From Selenomonadales bacterium (GTDB lineage: Bacteria > Bacillota > UBA994): DNA of 64,000 nt. A model generated the notes under the pieces. The model was not told where the DNA came from. It did no database searches and saw only the letters and a program-made list of their open reading frames with translations. Location of the stretch: positions 11,832-75,831 of the forward strand of contig JAGXRZ010000046.1 in the NCBI GenBank assembly GCA_018335585.1, given 5' to 3'. Within the stretch, counting starts at the first letter, position 1. Every line of letters starts with the position of its first letter. Below, one piece after another: positions 56,763 to 64,000 of the stretch. The translations under genes and the position numbers were made by a program.

Positions 56763-58031
56763 CTATCCTTCGGATGAGTTCGCCAGCGGTATTTTCACCG
56801 TAAACGTGCTGCCCTTCCCGGGCTCGCTGTGCGCGGTAATCTCGCCGCCCTGTCTTTCCACTATCGCTTTGACTTGGGCCAGACCTAAGCCTGTCGAAGC
56901 CTGCCCCGTAACGGGGTTAAATTTCGTCGTGTAGCCCGGTTCAAAGACTACACCTAGGTCTGGTGCGCTTATTCCTTTGCCGGTGTCGCGCACGGCGATA
57001 TATAGACTCGCGTCGGACACCCGCACATCTAACCACACCGAACCTACCTCGGCTATGGCTTCGATGGCGTTGCCCATCAGGTTGTTGATAACGGCTAGGA
57101 TGCGATGGTATTCCGCGACTTCAGCTTGCCCGGCAATGGAATAGTGGACAGCAACCTCCTTGCCCTGCTCCTCTGCTAGGGCTTGGTTTGCTTTTACCGC
57201 TACTTCCGCGAGCGTAGAGAGAGCCAGTGTCTCGCCTTGGCTTTCCCTAACCACGACATGGCGGAGGCGCGCCGCGAGGCGCGCAAAGTCTTTCTTGGCG
57301 TCGTGGATTTCTCGCGCCACCGCCAAGGCAGCATCAGCGTCTTCGACGCCGGCGGCTCTTAGCTTTTTGTACAACTGGTGGCTTTGCACCATGACCGTTT
57401 CCACGTGCGCTAGTGTGTTTTCAAGATAGAGCAGCTCGCCGGTTACATCCGAGGTCAAGAGCAGGAGGCGGCGAAACTCGCGCTCTTTCTGCTCTTGCCC
57501 GATGATGACCTCGCGCTGTCGCCACGCCGTGAAAGCAAGGCCGGTTAAGGCTCCCCTAACCAAGGCCACTAAGCCTAGGAGATAGAACATCGGTAACACG
57601 TCGCGATTAGCGAAGTCGCCTCTCACCAACAGCTCCCCGATGTTTGCACCCATATCCAAAAAGGCCAGTGCCCAGACAATATCCAGCCCTCCGCTGTTTA
57701 GCCCCTGCCGCCAAAGCGCCAGCCCTACTCCAAGCAGAAGATAGAAGACTCCGGCCGGATAGTGCTGGTCTAGGCCGTGCAGAAACGGGACATCTGCCAA
57801 CAAGAAGCCGGCTCCGGCGCGAAAGACGGTGACGGCTACGCCTGTCGTCAGGCCTGCGACCGGACGACTAAGCCGCTCCTCCATAAGTAAATAAAAGCAG
57901 AACACACTCACCGCTAGGCTAAACCTAAACCCGGTGCCAAACGGGAAGAAGCTGAAGTTGCTCACAAAGACCGTGAGAAGTGCGAGATACGTCAGCGACT
58001 TGGTGTTCAGCCAGAGCAGAGGCGCGCGCAT
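56763..58031 (-). CDS. Sensor histidine kinase (multi-TM sensor, GlnK/YcbA-like)
   Basis: Five or six N-terminal TM helices; H-box ...AREIHDAKKDF; HATPase region ...GLGLAQVKAIVERQGGEITAHSEPGKGSTFTVKIP. Confidence 0.65.
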   Translation of the reverse strand: MRAPLLWLNTKSLTYLALLTVFVSNFSFFPFGTGFRFSLAVSVFCFYLLMEERLSRPVAGLTTGVAVTVFRAGAGFLLADVPFLHGLDQHYPAGVFYLLLGVGLALWRQGLNSGGLDIVWALAFLDMGANIGELLVRGDFANRDVLPMFYLLGLVALVRGALTGLAFTAWRQREVIIGQEQKEREFRRLLLLTSDVTGELLYLENTLAHVETVMVQSHQLYKKLRAAGVEDADAALAVAREIHDAKKDFARLAARLRHVVVRESQGETLALSTLAEVAVKANQALAEEQGKEVAVHYSIAGQAEVAEYHRILAVINNLMGNAIEAIAEVGSVWLDVRVSDASLYIAVRDTGKGISAPDLGVVFEPGYTTKFNPVTGQASTGLGLAQVKAIVERQGGEITAHSEPGKGSTFTVKIPLANSSEG

Positions 58032-58039
58032 CTGTGCTT

Positions 58040-59386
58040 TTAGGTTCCGGACACAGCTAATGACCCTATGTAGAGCGACGGCGCGCCGATGGCCCCTACG
58101 CCAAAGTCGAGGTCGTCGGCAACCGCTCTCACGTCAGAGAGCATGGCAAAGAAATTGCCCGCGACTGTAATCTGATTGACGGGACGCGCAATTTGCCCGC
58201 CGCTGACTAAGTAGCCATAGGCCGAAAGCGAGAAGTCCCCCGAAACAGGATTAGCTCCGGCATGGGTGCCTTGGATGCTGGTGATGACTAAGCCTTCGCC
58301 CATCTGTGTAAGCAACTCCTGGAAGCTGTGCCGACCCGGTGCGATATAGAAGTTGCTCGGCGCGACGCCGACAGGCGCGTTGTAGGCAGCCTTATGCGCG
58401 TTGCCGGTCGAGGCGGAGCCGTCTTTCTTGGCTGTTTTTTGGTTGTGTAGCAGCGTGTTAAGTATGCCTGCTTCTACTACTGCTTTCTTCCGCGTCGGGA
58501 AGCCTTCGGCGTCAAAGGGGGCTGCATTAGGGCGCTCCGCGAGGTGTGGGTCATCCACAATGGTCACAATATCGCTCATAATCCGCTGCCCTACCTTGCC
58601 TTTGAGCAAAGACATCCCCTTCTGCGCGGCATCCGCCGAGAAGGACGAAGCGAACGTAGACAAAAAGGCCTGCGCCACGTCTTTGCGTAGCACCACAGGG
58701 TAGCTGCCGGAGGTTACCGGCGCTGCGCCTAGCAGTGACAGCGCTTCTTCGACGGCTTCCTTAGCCACCTTGGCCGCATCAAAGCGCGAGAAATCGCGGG
58801 CCGCCACAAAAGCATAAGATTGCTTGGTGTCCTGACCCTCTTTGACTACGGCCGAGATGTACCCGGCGGCAAAGTTGTCGCGGTGACGCAGTTCTAAGCC
58901 GCGGGAGTTCATAATCAGCGTTTCCCCGGCAGTGTCGCCTACGGAGACTTGTGCGGTAAACACCCGATTGTCTAGCGCGTAGGCCTGTTTTTCGACGTCT
59001 TTAACCCAAGCGATTTTTTCACCGGCTACGACTTCAGTCAACTGCGCGCTGAAGGCATCAACTAGCGCATACTCCGCAGGGGCGGCCCCGGCGAAAATCT
59101 CTTCGCCCTCATCGCTGTCCATGATGTCTGCATTATCCAAAGCGTCCTTAAGCAGCGCCTCTATCCCCTCGGCGGCGAAATTCTCGGTAAAGGAGTAGCC
59201 CATCTTGCCGTTGACGAGGCCGCGGAACATCAGGCCGCGCGATTCTGCCAGCGTGTAGCTGTCAATTTCAGTCTTAAATACGCCCACGCGGAACTGATTG
59301 CGTGATGACGCATATACCTCCATATCGCCAAAACCGAGAGCGCTGCCCTGTGCGAAGAGCTCACGTGCGAAACTGCGTACGTCCAC
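58040..59386 (-). CDS. pmbA: TldD/PmbA-family metalloprotease (PmbA/TldE)
   Basis: 448 aa; PmbA_TldD family. Paired with tldD. Confidence 0.75.
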   Translation of the reverse strand: MDVRSFARELFAQGSALGFGDMEVYASSRNQFRVGVFKTEIDSYTLAESRGLMFRGLVNGKMGYSFTENFAAEGIEALLKDALDNADIMDSDEGEEIFAGAAPAEYALVDAFSAQLTEVVAGEKIAWVKDVEKQAYALDNRVFTAQVSVGDTAGETLIMNSRGLELRHRDNFAAGYISAVVKEGQDTKQSYAFVAARDFSRFDAAKVAKEAVEEALSLLGAAPVTSGSYPVVLRKDVAQAFLSTFASSFSADAAQKGMSLLKGKVGQRIMSDIVTIVDDPHLAERPNAAPFDAEGFPTRKKAVVEAGILNTLLHNQKTAKKDGSASTGNAHKAAYNAPVGVAPSNFYIAPGRHSFQELLTQMGEGLVITSIQGTHAGANPVSGDFSLSAYGYLVSGGQIARPVNQITVAGNFFAMLSDVRAVADDLDFGVGAIGAPSLYIGSLAVSGT

Positions 59387-60787
59387 TTACTTGTCCCCCT
59401 TTCTTCCGCCTACGGTAATCTCTGACACGCGAATGGTGGGCTGCCCTACATCGGTAGGAACACTGCCACTCAGCGAGCCGCACATCCCTTGTCCGCACGC
59501 TAAGTTATTGGCCACCATGTCAACGCGCATTAACACCTCGGACCCCTTGCCAATCAAGCTCGCTCCGCGCACTGGCTCCATGATTTTGCCGTTACGCACC
59601 ATGTAGGCTTCATTGACAGCAAAGTTAAACTCGCCTGTCGCCGGGTTCACCGACCCGCCGCCCATATAGCGGGCAAACAAGCCGTACTCCGTGTTGGCAA
59701 TAATCTCTTCCTTGCTGTAAGGCCCGGGCAAAATAAAGGTATTGGTCATACGCGAAGTGGGCGCGAATCTATAGGACTGGCGGCGGGAACTGCCGGTGGC
59801 GGCAGCGTGCATGCGGCGCCCGTTTAGCATGTCAATGAGATAACCCTTAAGAATCCCGTTTTCGATTAAGAGATTGCGCTGTGTGGGATGCCCCTCGTCG
59901 TCGACGTTAAGGCTGCCCCAGGCATTGGGAATAGTGCCGTCGTCTACCGCGCTGACGACGTCTGAGGCAATTTTCTCGCCTAGTTTGTCGGCAAACACAG
60001 AGGTCTTCTTGGCTACCGACGTGGCCTCTAGACTGTGCCCGCAAGCCTCGTGGAAGATTACGCCGCCAAACTCGTTGTCGATAATTACCGGCATGCGGCC
60101 GCTCGGCGCGTAATCGGCATGAATCATCGTGCTGGCAATGCGGGCTGCCTCGCGCGCGTATGTATCGATGTCAATCTTGTCGTAGAACTCAAATCCCATA
60201 TGTGCTCCCGGTGCGTATGTGCCGGACTGCTTTTCCGCACCCTTGGAGGCAATGGCGGTAATGCCGGTGCGCGTGCGCACGCGGCGATCCTCAACCAAGA
60301 GGCCGCGGGAGTTGGCGATTTGCACATGTTGGTCTTCGTCAAAGTAGCGCACGGAGACCTGCGAAATAACCGGGTCGTACTCCTTAGCCATCTGATAGGC
60401 GCGCGTCATCAAGGCTACTTTGCGCTGTTTGTCAATAGTATCTGGCAGTGTGCGGATTAGATTAACCGAAGGGATACTGCCCTTCAACAGGTTCATGCAC
60501 AAGGTGTCGCTTACTCCCGGCAACGCCTGTGCCGCATCGACGGCGACTTTTACTAGGTTGTCGCGGCTGTAATCGTTTGTATAGGCGTAGACGCAGTTGG
60601 TGCCCTGAAAGATGCGGATGCCTACCCCATATTCGCGACCGGATACGCTGCTGTCGATTTTCCCTCCGACCATCGATAAGGTGTTGCTGAAGCGGTCTTC
60701 CACAAAGACTTCCGCGAAGTCGCCCCCGGTGCTGAGGGCCGCAGTAATGCAATCTTCCAGTAGGGTTTTCGCAAGCACAGTCTCCAT
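59387..60787 (-). CDS. tldD: TldD metalloprotease
   Basis: 466 aa; ...FHEACGHSLEA is the TldD HExxxH motif. Confidence 0.8.
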   Translation of the reverse strand: METVLAKTLLEDCITAALSTGGDFAEVFVEDRFSNTLSMVGGKIDSSVSGREYGVGIRIFQGTNCVYAYTNDYSRDNLVKVAVDAAQALPGVSDTLCMNLLKGSIPSVNLIRTLPDTIDKQRKVALMTRAYQMAKEYDPVISQVSVRYFDEDQHVQIANSRGLLVEDRRVRTRTGITAIASKGAEKQSGTYAPGAHMGFEFYDKIDIDTYAREAARIASTMIHADYAPSGRMPVIIDNEFGGVIFHEACGHSLEATSVAKKTSVFADKLGEKIASDVVSAVDDGTIPNAWGSLNVDDEGHPTQRNLLIENGILKGYLIDMLNGRRMHAAATGSSRRQSYRFAPTSRMTNTFILPGPYSKEEIIANTEYGLFARYMGGGSVNPATGEFNFAVNEAYMVRNGKIMEPVRGASLIGKGSEVLMRVDMVANNLACGQGMCGSLSGSVPTDVGQPTIRVSEITVGGRKGDK

Positions 60788-60802
60788 CCTCCTTCGTTGA
60801 AT

Positions 60803-61972
60803 TTAACGTCTAAGGAACGCCGCGATACGCTCTAAGCCGGCGGCGAGGCGTGGGTCCGGCGTGGTCAGGGAAATGCGCCAGTAGCCCTCGCCAAAGCGTC
60901 CAAAACCGATGCCGGGTGAAACGATAACGCCCTGCTCGGCCAAAAGCTGCATGGCAAACTCCTGGGACGAGGCAAAGCCGGCCGGTATGGGCAGCCAGAC
61001 ATAGAGCGAAGCACGCGGCACCGGGCACGGCAGGCCCATCTTGCCGAGCGCGTCTATGACCAAGGCACGCCGCGCCTCATAGATGTTGCGCATGCGCGCG
61101 ATAGTGCCGGTAGGGTTCGCTAACCCCTCCATGGCCGCAAACTGTATGGCGGTGAACTGACCGCTATCGGTAGCCGTCTTGACCTTGCGTAACGCGGTAA
61201 TAAGCTTCTCGTTCCCGTAGGCAAAGGCCACCCGCCAGCCCGTCATGTTAAAGGGTTTTGAAAGCGAGTTTAGTTCAATGCAGCAGTCCATAGCGCCGGG
61301 TACCTCCAGGATGCTTGGGGCCACAAACCCGTCGAAGGTGATTTCCGAGTAGGCGTTGTCGTGGCAAATCACGATATTGTGCTGTTTTGCGAACTCTACC
61401 GCCTTGGCAAAGAAAGATAACTCTGCCGTAGCAGCCGTGGGATTATTGGGGTAGTTAAGGTACATGAGAGACGCACGCCGCAAGATATCTGGCGGGATGG
61501 CGCTAAAGTCCGGCAAGAAGTTGTTCTCCGGCAGCAACGGCATGTGATAGGGTTCGGCATTTGCCAAAATCGCCGCCATTTCATACACGGGATAAGCCGG
61601 GTTTGGCACCAAAACGACGTCGCCCGGGTTCGCTACCGCCAAAGCAAAGTGGGCGATGCCTTCCTTAGAACCGATAAGCCCTACTAGCTCGCGGTCTGAA
61701 TGCACGCTTATGCCAAACCGCTGCTGTAGCCAAGTGGCGGCGCTACGGCGGAAGGCGGGGTCCCCGTCGTATTCGGGGTATTGGTGCGTAGCGGTTCTAT
61801 TGCGCACGATATCGACAAAGGCCTCTACGATAAAGTCAGGCGTCGGCACGTCGGGGTCGCCTACGCCAAGGTTAATTAGGTCAACGCCGCGTGCGCGCGC
61901 CTCCCACTTGAGGCGGTCAATCTCGGCAAACAGATACTTAGGCATGTTGTGAATGCGTTCTGCTATGTGCAT
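60803..61972 (-). CDS. Class I/II PLP-dependent aminotransferase (LL-DAP/aspartate aminotransferase-like)
   Basis: ...INLGVGDPDVPTP...NPGDVVLVPNPAYPVY...SLSKPFNMTGWRVAFAYGN. Confidence 0.7.
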   Translation of the reverse strand: MHIAERIHNMPKYLFAEIDRLKWEARARGVDLINLGVGDPDVPTPDFIVEAFVDIVRNRTATHQYPEYDGDPAFRRSAATWLQQRFGISVHSDRELVGLIGSKEGIAHFALAVANPGDVVLVPNPAYPVYEMAAILANAEPYHMPLLPENNFLPDFSAIPPDILRRASLMYLNYPNNPTAATAELSFFAKAVEFAKQHNIVICHDNAYSEITFDGFVAPSILEVPGAMDCCIELNSLSKPFNMTGWRVAFAYGNEKLITALRKVKTATDSGQFTAIQFAAMEGLANPTGTIARMRNIYEARRALVIDALGKMGLPCPVPRASLYVWLPIPAGFASSQEFAMQLLAEQGVIVSPGIGFGRFGEGYWRISLTTPDPRLAAGLERIAAFLRR

Positions 61973-61988
61973 GTGTTTCCTCCTTTAG

Positions 61989-62198
61989 TGAACGTGGTGA
62001 AGTGCTCAGTGCTCAGTGCCTAGTGCTCAGTGCTCAGTGCCTAGTGCCTAGTGCTCAGCAGAGGTAAAGGTGCAAGGTAAAAGGGGAAAGGGTCCCACTG
62101 CGACACGGCTCTACTGGGCACTGGGCACTGGGCACTCCCTCTACTAGGAGCAAGGAGCGAAGCAAAAAGCTCCGTCCCTTTCCTTTTGCTTCCTTCAT
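61989..62198. repeat. Modular heptamer-array intergenic element with a terminal hairpin module
   Basis: (GTGCTCA/GTGCCTA) x8, then core CCCACTGCGACACGGCTCTAC, then TGGGCAC x3, then hairpin GAAGCAAAAAGCTCCGTCCCTTTCCTTTTGCTTC. It starts about 5 nt upstream of the aminotransferase RBS. Confidence 0.8.
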
Positions 62199-63106
62199 CC
62201 TCGCCTGGCCCTTGCCACAGCTACATGTGCTTGCGTTGCTAGGTACTGTGCGGTAAGGTCGTGAAGTTCGTTCAGGAAGGCGGCGCACACGTCGGCCGAA
62301 AGTCCGTCTACGGTCGGCTCGCGGCGTGCCGTGCAGCCGTCAACCACACCTGCCTCGCAAAGACTCGTTAGCAGAGCCTGCTCCTCCGCCGCAGTAGGCA
62401 GTAGATTCTCATTCTGCAAGACTGACAACGCGGCAATCAGCGCGTAGGCTCCCCAATTGCTCACCCCCGCACAGACGACAGACTGCGCGTCGCTAGCGGC
62501 CGCGATAGATGTGCCATTGACAGCCGTGGCAATACGGCGTCCGGCGCTCCCGCAGCCAAGTTCATTGCCGCCGTCGCCGATGGCAATGGTATAGATGCCT
62601 GCGCGCTCTGCGGCGGACAGAGCTGCATCTAGCATCGGCACATGCTGCGAAATGTCTATCCCGCGCATATTGCGGCACTTCCCGTCACTGCCTTGGCCTG
62701 GATACTCTAAGGCCACAAACACTTGGCAAGGATAGTCCTGCCAGAGGTCACTGGGCACCTTTCCGGGCTGCAAAGCGACAAACTGGGAGCGCAAGGCTAG
62801 GTTGCCGCGGCATACCGCTATGGCCTCGCGCGCGCTCACAGCGCCGAGGATATAGACAGCCTTGCCTAAGCGTTCTAGAGCTCGCGCCAAAAAGGCTGCT
62901 CCGGGCGGTCCGTCACTTTCGACCGCTTGCGCGGACGGGATGTAGAACCCTGTGGCGATGGCGACGGCTTCTGCTTTTCTTAGTCGCTCGGCCGCAATGG
63001 CTAGTGTTCCCGGCCTCTGTTCCTGCGCTAACCCACGCTGCCCGGGGTCTTGCCGGAGGTGCCATTCTAGTGCTGCGAAGTGCCCCATAGTTGCCTCCTG
63101 TGACAA
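62195..63106 (-). CDS. DUF4392-like (D-glutamate cyclase-like) protein
   Basis: 303 aa; ...IAIGDGGNELGCGS... Weak family assignment. Confidence 0.35.
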   Translation of the reverse strand: MSQEATMGHFAALEWHLRQDPGQRGLAQEQRPGTLAIAAERLRKAEAVAIATGFYIPSAQAVESDGPPGAAFLARALERLGKAVYILGAVSAREAIAVCRGNLALRSQFVALQPGKVPSDLWQDYPCQVFVALEYPGQGSDGKCRNMRGIDISQHVPMLDAALSAAERAGIYTIAIGDGGNELGCGSAGRRIATAVNGTSIAAASDAQSVVCAGVSNWGAYALIAALSVLQNENLLPTAAEEQALLTSLCEAGVVDGCTARREPTVDGLSADVCAAFLNELHDLTAQYLATQAHVAVARARRG

Positions 63107-64000
63107 TCAGAATTGCGGCAATAGACGCCGCTGTGCCTCTAAGAGGTCGGCTACCAGTAACTGTGCTATCTGTTGGTTAGGCACCAACGGGTGCATGCGC
63201 ATGGCTTCAACTGCGAGTTGACGGTCGCCTTTTAAGGCCGCCGCAACATTTAAGGCTTCGGCTCGCTCCACGCGTACAATTAGCTCCTTTAGGCCCGCGT
63301 CTAGCTCCCCCGGTACCGGCAACAATCGCGCTCCCTCGCTACTTACGTGACTTGGCACCTCGACAATAGCCTCTGTCGGCAGCCACGCAATTACTCCCTG
63401 ATTGCGACCGTTTACCACAAGGCGGTCGTTGCGCCTAGCTTCCATGCTGGCGATTACCTGCACGGCTAAGTCACCGTGCCCCGGGACACCACGCCGCAAG
63501 CGCAGGCGCGGCTTGGGTTGCTCCGCTTGCTCACGGTAGTGACTGTACACAACGGGGAGTTTAAGCATCAGGTCTTGCGCTCGCGTCCGCTTTTGCCTCT
63601 GCTGCTCGCGGAAAATCTCCTGGGTATAGTAGTAATACAAGAGATAGGGTGAAGGTAGAACCCCGAAGCGCCGCAAAAGGCGCGCCATTCTCCCCACGAA
63701 ACCGGGGACATGCGCTAGCGGGCCGCTAAGCGACCGTAACCAAGGCAAGACGTCGCGCCCCTTGTAACGCGCGGCTGTCAACGCGCCGCAGTGGTTTACG
63801 CCGACGTTATCTATGACGAGCTGTGTCGGGTTGACGCGCAACAACTGCCCCAGCACTACCTGCATGCCGAAGGGCTCGTCGCAGATCGCCGTGATTTTGT
63901 CAAAGCCGCTGTCCAGCACGGCACGGGCTACCTGCCCGGTGGGATTGGTGTAATTGATAAGCCTTGCGTCAGGACAGAGGCTCTGCATACGGCGCGTCAG
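63107..64000 (-). CDS. Glycoside hydrolase family 4 (6-phospho-glucosidase-like), N-terminus beyond the window
   Basis: The ORF runs to the window edge; ...INYTNPTGQVARAV...ICDEPFG...NHCG are GH4 C-terminal motifs. Confidence 0.55.
   Translation of the reverse strand: MTRRMQSLCPDARLINYTNPTGQVARAVLDSGFDKITAICDEPFGMQVVLGQLLRVNPTQLVIDNVGVNHCGALTAARYKGRDVLPWLRSLSGPLAHVPGFVGRMARLLRRFGVLPSPYLLYYYYTQEIFREQQRQKRTRAQDLMLKLPVVYSHYREQAEQPKPRLRLRRGVPGHGDLAVQVIASMEARRNDRLVVNGRNQGVIAWLPTEAIVEVPSHVSSEGARLLPVPGELDAGLKELIVRVERAEALNVAAALKGDRQLAVEAMRMHPLVPNQQIAQLLVADLLEAQRRLLPQF

Noticed and set aside
49600-62200. Possible CRISPR arrays in the repetitive intergenic tracts
   Set aside because: The repeat units are 7 nt with no 25-40 nt repeat/spacer alternation. 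There are no cas genes, and the unit families change every 20-30 nt.

Overview
A 64-kb bacterial chromosome segment, roughly 58-60% GC, with Firmicutes/Clostridia-type gene content (YhaM, CcdA, HicAB, GlnK/GlnL-like two-component system, btuFCD behind a B12 riboswitch). Almost every gene is on the minus strand.

The left ~6.8 kb is an integrated island abutting tRNA-Val(GAC). It carries:
- three XRE-family regulators, including a CI/LexA-like S24 repressor;
- an IS200/IS605 element with an intact TnpB and a decayed tnpA;
- a type II m5C methyltransferase with a putative restriction endonuclease and a HigA/C-protein-like HTH gene;
- a tyrosine integrase.

Downstream of the island:
- an M14 carboxypeptidase and a 7-tRNA cluster (Arg-Val-Asp-Phe-Gly-Cys-Leu);
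- murD, hbd, a split chrA pair, pyk and cca;
- a prepilin-type gene, a frameshifted RNPP-type regulator and hicAB;
- an IS1634-family insertion about 20 nt upstream of an ABC-transporter start codon;
- a lower-GC islet with ABC/MFS exporters and secreted or membrane hypothetical proteins;
- an Mbh-like Mrp antiporter module (E-F-G-B-B-B-C-D-D-A') preceded by a membrane-anchored protein with two FMN-binding domains;
- ccdA next to a thioredoxin-like ORF with an in-frame TGA at the CxxC position;
- yhaM, kbl, a NUDIX hydrolase, an Orn/Lys/Arg decarboxylase, tldD/pmbA and aminotransferases.

Two features are not explained by ordinary gene annotation. The first is a dispersed family of modular intergenic elements made of serial 7-nt tandem mini-arrays around a conserved core (at least 7 loci). 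The second is a nested-palindrome operator copied in front of three minus-strand operons. There is also a partial segmental duplication (17.5-18.7 kb vs 30.4-30.76 kb).
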